Assembly (NCBI RefSeq): GCF_001194135.2
Contig: NC_069003.1
Span: 32,289,770 to 32,353,769, forward strand
Direction of reading: 5' to 3'
Length of the DNA stretch: 64,000 nt
Origin: Octopus bimaculoides
Taxonomy: Eukaryota
The position numbers and the translations under genes are program-made. Under the pieces are notes generated by a model. The model was not told the DNA's origin. It made no database searches and saw only the letters and a list, made by a program, of their open reading frames with translations. Position 1 is the first letter of the stretch. Every line of letters starts with the position of its first letter. Positions 51,998-64,000 of the stretch are shown here, one piece after another.

Positions 51998-53534
51998 AGG
52001 AAGTGATGCTTGGAATAGTTGCCAAATCCCTCTTAGATTATGATCTACCATCTTAAAACATGGAAGATCATTGGACAATGTAACTAAAATATCCAAAAGG
52101 ACAATTAATCATAGTGAGAATGTCTTTGATCATAGATATGCTTCATGAGAGTAGACCTGGGGTTAAACAACAGTTGTAGCCACAGGTTTCAAGAATAGCC
52201 TCCAGCCACAATGTTAGTACTGAAACTGCTTCTATTAAATATACATTAATTTTCCAGACAGAATTTGAGCCTTAAAAAAATTACTCCAAAATCAGGGCTC
52301 ATCTTAAACACAGAGTATAATATATATCCTCAACCTGGACTTTGCCTTATGCACCTCCTAGCCACTGCATCAAGGGTGAAATATTGCCAGGTAGTCTTAT
52401 ACAGCAAATATATCTATGACATTGACACCCATTTACATATCACATGATGCCAACACACACACACACATGTATATATGTATGTATCACACACACACATGTA
52501 TATACATGCACATACCTGATAGGCTTTAGTCAGTTTCCACCTGCCAAATTCATTTGTCCCTGGGCTACACAAGAAGATACTTGGCCATGGTGCTTCTTAG
52601 TGAGACTGAACTTGAATCATAGGGTTGGGAAGCAAATTACTCAACCATACGGAATTAGTGAGTAAAAATACTTCAAGTGTGTTCTGGAAATTTTCCACCA
52701 CTAGTCTTGTTCCTTGTCTTTTTAATGTCACTCATACTTCATGTATGTGTGTGTGTGTGTGTGTGTTCCAAAAGAGATAAGCAAGTTATTCATTTTGTTT
52801 CTGAATCAGCATCTGTGAATACACGATGCCATAACCAATGTTATATGTGAATGAAAACCTTTCACTGCAGTGCTTGACATTTATATTTCTCTATGCAAGC
52901 AGTTGAATTATTTATTTGCATTTTTTATTACTATTATTTAATTCTTGATTAATTGTAAATTTAAAATACAAAGGCAGCATGTATTGTATTATTGATAGAA
53001 ATCCTTGATGTCACCATCATCAAATTTCTTCGTTTCCATGTTGACACAGGTTATAGATGGTACGTAGTGAGGCAGCAGAGATATATGGTGTGCTTGTTCT
53101 AAAAACCAGGATGCACATGGTAACATGTGGCCATAAGAAAGTTAAAGATTTACGGTGTATGTATGTATGTATGTATGTATGTATGTATTATCCATTGATG
53201 ATTCATATATAGTAATCTTTAGTATATATTCTTATGTTAATATGTGTGATTGTGTGTGTATTACACATTGATGATATATAAAATCTTTAGTATATATTTT
53301 GATGATGCTAATTTGTGTGTGTGTGTGTGTGTATTGATGTGCTGAATGTACAACAAGTTAGCATTGAAAATTAGGGTTTGCGTTTTGGATTCATTAAACT
53401 CCTGTATCCATTTTGAAATGGTTATCCAATAACATGATAATCAATTAAATTATTGATTATTGTTATGTACATAATGAAATATCTGAAATATCAATTTGTT
53501 TTCTCTTTGTTCTTGTAAACTTTATACAAACACA

Positions 53535-53595
<61 letters not shown>

Positions 53596-53640
53596 TGTGT
53601 GTGTGAGTAAAAAATAGAATGTATGTGCATATACACACAG

Positions 53641-53790
53641 ACGGTGTCTGAAGAAGGCTAGTTGGCTTAAACTCCATAGTCACTGTTACCACACTTCATC
53701 TAAATGTATAATATGTACTCTATACAATAAAGTATTGAGCACTCCTTCAGTTGAATGTAAATTTATTCTTATTGTATCTTGGTATAAATA
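53641..53790 (+). mobile_element. Penelope-like 3' fragment with a decayed type I hammerhead and AATAAA
   Basis: CTGAAGAA-GGC-TAGTTG-GCT-tAAA-CT-CCAT-AG-TC-actgt; AATAAA at 53726-53731; flanked by TA/CA microsatellites. Confidence 0.55.
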
Positions 53791-54314
53791 TATGCATATA
53801 TTTATAAATACGTGTGTGTGTGTGTGTACAATCCAAACAATAAGAAGACAAAGAAATCCTTTAACACATCTTTAATGGTTCATTACAATTGTACCGTCTC
53901 TACTTAGAATACCAGTTTATACCAAAAATTTGAAATGAAAATTTACATAATGTTTGTGGTTTTAAACATTAGAACGACACCTCATAATACTTGTATTTGT
54001 GTGAATGTGTGTATGTATACAAACATACACAGGCAGACACACACAAATACATACATACATACATACATACATAAGGTTTACCTTTGATTTTAAATTATCT
54101 ATACAAGTGTGCGCGTGCATACTCACACACACACATGCACACACACGTGTGTGAGTGTTGAGAAAATAAGTCTTCTGCTCATGGTTTAATGTCTTCAAGT
54201 ATTTCTTCCTTTCTAATATCTCAGAAATATCCTAGATGCACCATTTCTTTCTCTTTTAGAATATATCTTTCTACCTACCTACCTACCTACCTGCCTGCCT
54301 GCCTGCCTACCTAC

Positions 54315-54349
<35 letters not shown>

Positions 54350-55674
54350 CCTGTCTACCTATCTATCTATCTATCTATCAATCTTCTTTCCTTTCTTTCT
54401 ATTTTTCTTTCTTTTTTTTCTTTCCCTCCCACCTTCATTCTTTGTTCTTTTATCTTTCTCTTTGCTGCCACTACCCCCCCCACCTTTTGCTATCTATCTA
54501 ACTGTTTAAGCTATCCCATCAGGTAATGATACTGTTGACATACACTATATGCTATAATTGATATTATAATGCATGACATGACAAAGACATGCCTATTGAT
54601 CTTAATCCTTTGCTCCCCTCCTTTTCAGAGTCCATAGACATGCTGCCATGCAATACCATTTTCTCTCTCTCACCCTCTCCCCCCCTCTCTTTGACAATAT
54701 GACCAGATTTCCTTTCAGTAAAAGCAGAATATATTTTGTGTGTGTGTGTGTGTGTGAGTATGATTTTTCAATGATAGTAGCCAAATGTCCTTTAACTTAC
54801 GCTCTGCTTTCTTGTGTGTGTATGAATCAACAAGGGACACCTCTATGTGTTAGTGCAATTTGCTAGAAATACTAACCTAAATCACATTCAAATCACACCA
54901 TAATGTCATGAGCCAAGGAGGGTCTCATTGGTTCATGCATGCATACACACACACACACACGCACACACACACACACATTGATATTCTAGCTGGATACCCA
55001 GTGGTATGTTGTCAGCCAATTTGTTGAAAGGGAACCATAGTAATTCTGCATTACTTTATTCAGATGCATCTTTTAATATTCTTCCTTGCAAAGACACATC
55101 TCTCACTTTCTTAGATTTCTTAAATAGTAGAAGACACTTGGAGTGAAGAAGCTTGCTTCACAACCACATGGCTTCTGGTTCAGTTCCATTGCTTGGCACT
55201 GTGGACATGTGTCCTCTGCTATAGCTCCAGACCAACCAATAACTTGTGAGTGGATTTGGTGAACAGAAACTGCATGGAAGCCCACGTCCCCCTCTCCCAC
55301 CACCTGACAATTGATGTTGGTTTGCTTATATGTCTGTAACTTAGTGATCTGGCAGAAGAATACGTACTGGACTTTACAAAATAAGTGCTGAGGTTGATTT
55401 GTTTGTGCAAAACCCTTCAAGGCAGTTACCCATTATGGCGGTAGTCAAATGACTGAGACATGCAAAAGATGGAAGTTAAAATTAATACGAGTGAGGGATA
55501 CTATGTTGAACAGGTTGATCTCAAGAAAGGTTAATGTTACAATGTGTTCTTCATGTTGTTGTTTAGCTCTATCAGCTCTAATCAAGTAGATCCATGATCA
55601 AAGCTTCCCAATTATGTCATGCTCATCCTTTTAGAAATGCCTAGGAGGAGTTTATCTAATTTATCTTTTCATTT

Positions 55675-55878
55675 TTAACCCTTTAACTGCAAAATTGAAT
55701 TTCATGATTACTCAGGTAATGATGTTAAGTCACGTTGCCTTGATAAACTTCATATATATTTCGACATAACAGAGAATAGTTTCAAACATGACATTCTTAA
55801 ACAAAAGATAGTTTATTTAGTGTAAAACTGCTTTCAATTAAATTTTGAGTAGATTTATCTGAGTTCTGCAGTAAAGGG
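55675..55878. mobile_element. TTAA-type MITE, family C, reverse orientation
   Basis: ttaa-ccctttaactgca ... ctgcagtaaaggg (near-perfect 13-bp TIR). Confidence 0.8.
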
Positions 55879-57700
55879 GTACTTTAAAAAAAAAAAAATG
55901 TTTTTCTATGACAGTAGTTCCTATGTCACCATTTTACAGTGGGGACTTAATACCTTTTATCTTGCTAATTTTCATATAACAAATACACACACAAATTTCC
56001 AAGAGAAATTCTTATCTCAGAAATTCGTATAATGTGTGTGTATATTCGTGTACATTAGAATATTTAATTATATATTTTACCTAAAAGCAACCATTACTCA
56101 TCTTGGTGAGAATGTAACTAATAATTTTGATATCTTTTACATCATTTTATACACCATTAGGAAGTAATTTATTTTGTAGTTTTCCAATTGTTTTATAGTT
56201 AAATCTCATTACAGTAGATATAACTTAATATATATCATATAAATATTGAAAATACATATTTAGATATATATTTTTACTCATTATAGAAATTATTGAAGGA
56301 TATATATATATATATATATTATTTTGTTTAAAAGAGTTCCAACACTGTCTGTTTTTTATGTCTTATTTATATTTTATTTTTATTCTTATTTATATTCCTT
56401 ATTTATATATATATTATATATATATATGGTCCACTAATGATCACAAGATCATGGTTTGGATTCCCAGACTGGCTCTACTTTGTGTTCTTGAGCAAAACAC
56501 TTCATTTCATGTTGCTCTAGTCTGTACAGCTGTAACTGAGTAACCCTGAGACAGACTGATGTCTCCTTCCTGAGGCTATAGTAGAAGACACTTGTCCAAG
56601 GTGCCACACAGTGGGCTTGAACCCAGAACAACATGGTTAGGAAGCAAGCTTCTTACCACACAGCCACTCCTCTGTGTGTGTGTGTATTTATAGAACTAAT
56701 TTCTGGAGCATTCTAGTAGACTTTTTCTTTGAGGTGTATTCCTGGTGTGCATGTCTATGTAGGAACACACACACACCAGTATGTGTCTTAGTCTGCAGCA
56801 TTTGCCAAGTTTTATTCATTTGGCTTTGGACAAGTCCATCATAAAAGACACTAATGTGTTTAATGTGCCACACTGTGGGATTGATCTCAGAAGTATGTGG
56901 TTGTGATGTGAACTTGTTAACCATATAGCCATTGACATTTCATCAATCAACCTAGCAAGCAAGATCACACACACACACCTCTTAACCAAACTTCTTGCTA
57001 AAGTCATATGTGATGGTGGTAAGTATAAAAAACAAGAACAGCAAGATAATAATGTATTTGCATTTTTTTTCAAATTTTAGTTTTTAACTATTGACATCAA
57101 ACTGGTACACACGGTTTAAACTAACTGAAATAAATTCTGTAGCGATATTTCTGATTTCTGTTGGTGAATGGAAAAAAACAAATGTTTCTCTCCTCAGATA
57201 AGTTTCTAACAAATCAGAGAAGAGAAGCCATTTATTTCTTCATGGAATCGATATGTAATGCAAAGTTAGGTTCTCTCCTATTATTACAGAAGAACAAAGC
57301 ATTTTTGTTTTTAATTTTCTCTTTGGAGAACTAGAAGCCAGGTTCTATGCACAAACATTATACTGAACTATTGTTCAAAAAGAAAACAAAAGTATTTCTC
57401 AGTCAAATGAATGAGGCGTCTTGTATTTATTTTTCCCTCCTGCTTCTTTATATATTTTCATATTAGATTTTATTTTTATCGTATGTAACTTCTCCCTTAA
57501 ATAACAGATTTAAAAAATATATATTTTGCTTCTTTGCTTCGATTCTCAAAACCTTATATTCGTTTCTTCAATAGTCTTGATTTTTTTTTTTTCCTGTTTT
57601 TCTTTCTCAAAATATTTAGAATTGAACAAAAAAAAATACAAACAAAGACTTTTACTACAATTATTTATACACAAATTCAACATTGCTTTGTATTTATGCT

Positions 57701-58070
57701 ATCGTGCTGGAAGTTCGAGTGCCCCAGGAAGAATGTATCGATGCAATGAGAGAAAATAGGTGAAGTACTTGGAAGTAAAAGAGAAGTGTCAGAAAAGAGA
57801 CTGGGAGATATAAAAAGGGGTCAGAGAAGTGGGTTGCTGAGATTTTGCCAGGTTTTTCACTCTGCAAAGTCCTCAACTGATTGAGCATAACAAGCATGCT
57901 AAAGAAGTCAGCCAGCCAGTCTGTGAGCAAAGCTGTAGAGAAATCCACCGGATGGCTTTGGATTAAGAAGGTTGATTTGTGGGCCATTGTTGCTGACATT
58001 CAAGTCAGAACCTGATCAACCTTCTCTGGGTTACCTGGGTGAAGGTGTCTCTTGGTAAAAGATCTGAAAT
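57701..58070 (+). mobile_element. HERO-like (R2 superfamily, restriction-like endonuclease) non-LTR retrotransposon 3' fragment
   Basis: With two frameshifts: LEVRVPQEECIDA..ERK..KYLEVKEKCQKRDW...EVGC*DFARFSLCKVLN*LSITSMLKKSASQSVSKAVEKSTGWLWIKK, matching ELTVPWEE..KY..L...C...EVGCRGF...LGI...AEKAS.WLW. Confidence 0.78.
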
Positions 58071-58071
58071 A

Positions 58072-58290
58072 CTTTTTTTGTTACCATATTTGTAGTAAGA
58101 CATACTGTGATTGTTTCAGTTTAACTTTGAAAATAATGAAGAATTTATTCAAATAACTTTGCTAGTATCAAGCTGGTGTTTGGAATGTATATGAACATGA
58201 AATTTTGATGGAACATTTTAATTCAGATCAGTTTAAAACAAGTAATTTTTATCATGGAACAAAGAGCTATTTTAGGCAGGTTCATGTCAA
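58072..58290. mobile_element. TTAA-type MITE, family A, reverse orientation
   Basis: Reverse complement aligns with 44142-44378 (gatggaacattttaatt, ttgaaaataatgaagaattt); ends aaaagggttg. Confidence 0.7.
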
Positions 58291-59876
58291 AAGGGTTGTA
58301 TATTTATCTTTTACTTGTAGCCATGCTGGGGCACCACCTTGAAGGGTTTAGTCAAACAAGTCAACCTCAGTACTTAGTTTTTTCAAAACCTGGTACTCAT
58401 TCTATTGGTTTCTTTTGTTGAACTGCTAAGTTATGGGGATGCAAGCAAACCAATTCTCATTGTCAGGCAGTGGTGGAGGATAAAGGCACACACACACACA
58501 TACACACACACACACACACATGACTTTGGTCAGCTCAGGGTTGTAGTAGAAGACACTTGCTCAAAGTGTTATACAGTGGGATTGAACCCAGAACCATGTG
58601 GTTGAGAAGCAGACTTCCCACCACACAGCCAATATGCTCCTGTAGTTGATAGCTTTGATTATAGAATGTTGAGTTCATTAGCTTTCGCATCCTAAGTGTG
58701 GATTCAAATACAACGGAAAATGGAATGCTCTCTTCTCTGCATCCTTTCTGTCTTCACTCACACTTATATACACCAAATTTTTGAATCAAGTAGGAAGAGT
58801 CTCTACATGGTTACAAGACCTTGTAGAAATTACAGTCAGATCTCTCCCCAGTCCACCAACATTCCACTGTTTTAAAATAGGAAGAATGTATTTGATAATG
58901 TGTCTTAGATGTACAGTTATTGAAATAAAGAGTGGATAGACATAGCAGGAATGACTTGGATCATAGATTTGCTTGTTCAGGCTGACTTGAGGCTTAAACA
59001 ATAACAATATAGATAGATTGGATACTGTCTGGTAATTCTTATAATGGCCCTACTTACATTATTTTATCTTTAATCTTCTTCTTGTTTCAGTCATTAAATT
59101 GTGGCCATGCTGGAGTTCTGCCTTGAAACATTTTTAGTTGAATGAATCGACCCGATTACTTTTTTTCTTTTCTTTTAAATCTGGTGCTTATTCTATCATT
59201 CTCCTTTGCTGAACTGCTAAGTTACTTTGATGTAAACACAACTCTAGTTCTCAAGTGGTGGTGGGTGACATCTCAATACACACACACACACACATACTTC
59301 TTTCAGTTTCTGTCTACCAAATCCACTCTCACAAGGATTTGGTCAGCCTGAGACTATAGTAGAAGTCACTTACCCAAAATGCCATGTAGTAGGACTGAAC
59401 CCAGAACTATGTGGTTGGGAAGTAAACTTTTTATGCACAGCAACACCTGTGCCTAAATGTTGGACTGGCCATGTAGTTGTAGTTATGCAAAAAGACAGGA
59501 TCAGTCATGGACCCAGTGACCCTTGATCATAAGTTTGCTTAAATAGTGCCAATATGCTAATTCTTATAAAGCCCTATCTACTGTATCTACACAAGTAAAT
59601 ATTGGGAAAGGTTTTAGCTATACAAAAAGTCAGGATGATCCTGACTGGATTCATAGGTCTACTCTATCATTGTTCGTATTAAAAACCTTTTTTGTTATTT
59701 TTTATCACTTAATCAGAGGGAAGAGCAGCCCCATGTTTGTTTTACAATACCTCTGAGACAGGATGGCAGAAGAGAATAAGTTGTCCTTAGGTCAGAGAAA
59801 TGGTCTGAATGCTTATAACAGAGTGAACTCCACCAAAGTACTAGTTAATGGCACAGTTAAACCAGGTCAATGATTG

Positions 59877-60067
59877 CCATATTTTCTAGCATACAAGTTG
59901 ACATAACGTGTAAACATTCAACTATCGTCACTATTTTACCAATTCTTGTTGTGTTTCACATGGAATTTTTGGTTCTCCAAAGTCATTTTGGTGTATAAGA
60001 CAACCCACCCTTGTTTTGGCTGTAAATTTTGGTCTGAAAAATTCAATTTGTATGTTGTAAAATATGG
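59877..60067 (+). mobile_element. Tc2/pogo-like MITE (family D), complete
   Basis: TIRs ccatattttctagcatacaagttga / tcaatttgtatgttgtaaaatatgg (21/25), TA at right end. Confidence 0.85.
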
Positions 60068-60171
60068 TATGTACATATATAAGACTGAAGGATGCAATCT
60101 GAAAGAGATTTAGCTGATATTTCTCTCAGCTCTATCAACCCTGTAGGGGTTTCGTTTGTTAGGTCATGCAC

Positions 60172-60380
60172 ATAATATTTTACAACATACAAATCAACAT
60201 AATATGTATTGTAAACATTTAGCATAACTATTCAAACATCATCACTATCTTTCCAAATTCTGCTGCATTTCACATGAAATTTTTGCTCCGCCAAAGTCAT
60301 CTTGCTGTATAAGTTGACCTAACTTTTCTTGGCTGTAAATTTTAGTCTGAAAAATTCAACTTGCATTCCAGAAAATTTGT
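60172..60380 (+). mobile_element. Tc2/pogo-like MITE (family D), second tandem copy
   Basis: Colinear with 59877-60067 (catcactat..tt.ccaa.ttc, ccaaagtcat..tg.tgtataag, ggctgtaaatttt.gtctgaaaaattcaa). Confidence 0.85.
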
Positions 60381-60839
60381 TAAATCTACCTCCCAAGAAC
60401 AAAAGCAATCTCAAATTTCCTGCAAAAGGGTTTTGGTTGACCCTGGCCCTTTTGTATGAAAAGGGCTATGGTAGAAGAAGATACTAGTTCAAAGTGCTGT
60501 GCAAAGGAATTGAACTTCAAAAGCCACACGACTGAGAAGTGAATTTTTTAACCACTCGACCATACCTGCACCCTGTTCAATGCTCTTATCTACATAAGTA
60601 AATATGGTTGACTGACCAATAGCCTATTATTAATATATATGTGTATATATGTATGTGGACCACACTATCATTATTGGTGATAGTGGCGCTTTTGACTTCC
60701 CAACTGAAAAGAAGTCTGCTATGTTATCAATAAAAGTCTTCTTAACTCTCAGTTGAAGAGTATCTCTGAGACCCAATTATAGAGAAGAACATAGTTTCTT
60801 TTTGCTAATTATAGCTATTTCATGAAATAACTACCCTCG

Positions 60840-61185
60840 CTTACCATCAACACTACTGCCACCACCACCACCACCATGATCACAACTACTGACACCCTGT
60901 GACAACTACTACCACCACCACCACAAGAACAACAACAACTATCACCACCACCATGATTATCATCAATGCCATGACTACCACTACAACCATAGCTGCCACC
61001 ACCACTACAACTGCTACCATCACCGCAACTACCAACACTGCCACCACCAACACCATCTGATCAACAATGTTGTTGCCAGCACTCATGTTGTATTACAAGT
61101 CTCTCTCTCCCTCTCTCTCTCCCTCTCTCTCTCCCTCTCTCTCTCTCTCCCTCTCTCTCTCTCTCTCCCTCTCTCTCTCCCTCTC

Positions 61186-61220
<35 letters not shown>

Positions 61221-61611
61221 TATATTACAATTTTTCTGTTCACTTTTATGCTAAGTTAGCTGGTATTTTAAAGCGATAAACAATTTTTCTTCTACCATTT
61301 TTCCAAAATGTTTTTTTAATTTCATTATTTTTTTTAATCAGACACCACTACCACCACCACCACCGCTACTACTACTACTACAGCTACCTCAACCACCAGC
61401 ATCTCTACCATTGCTACTACCACCAACACCACTACAACCTCTATCACCACCATCTCTACTACTACTACTACCACCTCCATCACCTCTACCTCTACCACCA
61501 CCTGTACTACTACTACTACTACCACCACTGCCACACAACCTTCACCTTTACTATCACCACAACCACCATCACCACCACCATCACCATCACCACCACCATC
61601 ACCACCACCAT

Positions 61612-61662
<51 letters not shown>

Positions 61663-61735
61663 TGCCACACAACCTTCACCTTTACTATCACCACAACCAC
61701 CACTACCACCATCACCACCACCACTACTACTACTG
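60840..61735. repeat. Compound (CAC/CTA/CAA)n and (CT)n low-complexity block with an internal ~55-bp duplication
   Basis: ccaccactgccacacaaccttcacctttactatcaccacaaccacc occurs at about 61522 and 61657. Confidence 0.9.
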
Positions 61736-61892
61736 TTGCTTCAATTCTTCTTACAGCAAAAGAAACATTGCATGCACATTGGCTTCTTGTACTGCCCTTG
61801 TTCTTTTTTTTTACTGTAGTGGTGGTGGTCGTTATTGTTGTTGTTATTGTCGTTTGTTTTTCTTGTTCTGTTTTTTTTTTTTTTTTTTTTTT

Positions 61893-62558
61893 NNNNNNNN
61901 NNNNNNNNNNNNNNNNNNNNNNNNNNNNNNNNNNNNNNNNNNNNNNNNNNNNNNNNNNNNNNNNNNNNNNNNNNNNNNNNNNNNNNNNNNNNNNNNNNNN
62001 NNNNNNNNNNNNNNNNNNNNNNNNNNNNNNNNNNNNNNNNNNNNNNNNNNNNNNNNNNNNNNNNNNNNNNNNNNNNNNNNNNNNNNNNNNNNNNNNNNNN
62101 NNNNNNNNNNNNNNNNNNNNNNNNNNNNNNNNNNNNNNNNNNNNNNNNNNNNNNNNNNNNNNNNNNNNNNNNNNNNNNNNNNNNNNNNNNNNNNNNNNNN
62201 NNNNNNNNNNNNNNNNNNNNNNNNNNNNNNNNNNNNNNNNNNNNNNNNNNNNNNNNNNNNNNNNNNNNNNNNNNNNNNNNNNNNNNNNNNNNNNNNNNNN
62301 NNNNNNNNNNNNNNNNNNNNNNNNNNNNNNNNNNNNNNNNNNNNNNNNNNNNNNNNNNNNNNNNNNNNNNNNNNNNNNNNNNNNNNNNNNNNNNNNNNNN
62401 NNNNNNNNNNNNNNNNNNNNNNNNNNNNNNNNNNNNNNNNNNNNNNNNNNNNNNNNNNNNNNNNNNNNNNNNNNNNNNNNNNNNNNNNNNNNNNNNNNNN
62501 NNNNNNNNNNNNNNNNNNNNNNNNNNNNNNNNNNNNNNNNNNNNNNNNNNNNNNNNNT
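61893..62558. other. Assembly gap (largest of seven)
   Basis: N-runs at 1554-1609, 2429-2438, 16109-16491, 28231-28240, 36416-36496, 50590-50916 and 61893-62558, mostly bordered by microsatellites. Confidence 0.99.
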
Positions 62559-63309
62559 ATATATATATATATGCATACATGAGTATATATATGTGTGTGT
62601 GTGTGAAGATAATGATAATAATAATAGTAATAATGATGATGATAATTTATTTTTAGGAATTTATAAGCGGACAGTCCATTATCATTTGATATTTCAATCT
62701 TTGTATAAATATTCCTTATTTAAGAAAACAAAACAAAAAACTAAAATTTTTTTTGTTATGTTTTTTTTCGTCCTTTTTATTTATTTAAATATCGTTTAAT
62801 GTATTACTATATGATGTTGATATAATCTCTTTGTCGTGGTAACCTCTCACTCTACAATCCATTATCTCTTATAATATAGCGAATGATTGCCGAGTGATTT
62901 AACTGTAAGAACAGCTGCACATTCTATAACTGTCAATAACTGAACTTATAACCTACCAAAAGCATACTAATAAGGGGAACTGTTGTTGATGTGTTATGGA
63001 AAAACATGGCTAGATCTATCAGGTCCATCATAATTTTGTGTATACATACACAAAATTATATATATATGACTGGTGTGTTTATATATGTGAGGCATGCACA
63101 CACATGTATATTATATGTATACATGGATATATATTTATATGTGCAGTGTATATGTGTTTGTGTTGAAATATTCCCTTCCTTCTTTGAGATATATATACAT
63201 GTGTATGTATATGTATGGATGTATATATTTGTATGTATGTACATGTATATATGTATCTAAGAATATGTGTGTATGTATATATGTATGTGTGTATGTGTGT
63301 GCATATATA

Positions 63310-63352
<43 letters not shown>

Positions 63353-63509
63353 CATGTGTATCAATACTTCCATTTCATATATTTTTCTTTTTTATTTATG
63401 TACATGTGTGCATACATGTATGTATATATATATACTACTGTAGTATCAAATGATTGAATGTCTGAGGAGAAAGTCTGTTTTAGCCTTCTCTCTCCCCACC
63501 TACCCACAT

Positions 63510-63625
<116 letters not shown>

Positions 63626-64000
63626 AGTCATGTGAAAAATAACCACCCCTATCCATACTCTCTTTTTATCATTCAAAAAATGCCTTTCTCTATTATTTCT
63701 TAAGCCTCTACGTAATTTACTTCTGCAGTTTTGTAGTGAAACATATCTTCAGAAACTGTGTAATTCAGTACAGCCCTAAAATGGAAAAAATATTGCCAGT
63801 TCTTGAAGCTCATTGTTGTTCTTTGATGCGAAACCTTATTCCAATTCTAATCATTCATTTTGTTTTTTGTTGTTGTTGTTTTTGTTGTTTTAGCCCCAGG
63901 TCAATTCAGTTTCAACAAACCTATGATCAGAAGACATTCTAGACTTGATTGATCTCCTGTTTCTTTTTATTGTTTTTTTTTGTTGTTGTTGTTAATGAGT

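Noticed and set aside
500-59455. Apparent minus-strand excess of family G SINEs (roughly 15 vs 8 by eye)
   Set aside because: Counts are too small and approximate to claim an orientation bias.
61411-62799. 462-aa and neighbouring long ORFs
   Set aside because: Composed of trinucleotide repeats and N-run read-through.

Overview
Strongly AT-rich eukaryotic non-coding DNA, most likely intronic sequence from an octopus (coleoid cephalopod) draft assembly. That assignment rests on recognisable octopus-type SINE/MITE families, very dense microsatellites and seven N-gaps; the species cannot be fixed from sequence alone. No complete protein-coding gene can be supported, and nearly all long ORFs in the supplied track are read-throughs of microsatellites or N-runs. 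The recognisable content is layered, often nested mobile-element debris: a mariner transposase relic, a hAT transposase relic and a hAT MITE, Tc2/pogo-like MITEs, three TTAA-flanked (piggyBac-like) MITE families, several RTE-clade LINE fragments, a HERO-like (R2-superfamily) LINE fragment, and at least three tRNA-derived SINE families. The most interesting signals are (i) minimal hammerhead-ribozyme cores in Penelope-like fragments beside microsatellites (16494-16534 with a U3/A8 variant core, 53641-53686, weaker at 14449-14482); (ii) a 92-bp near-perfect spacerless palindrome; (iii) apparent homogenisation between neighbouring MITE ends; and (iv) low-confidence plus-strand exon/microexon candidates plus CpG decay, which together suggest a hidden long-intron host gene. 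I found no evidence for a wholly new biological system; the claims below are graded accordingly.
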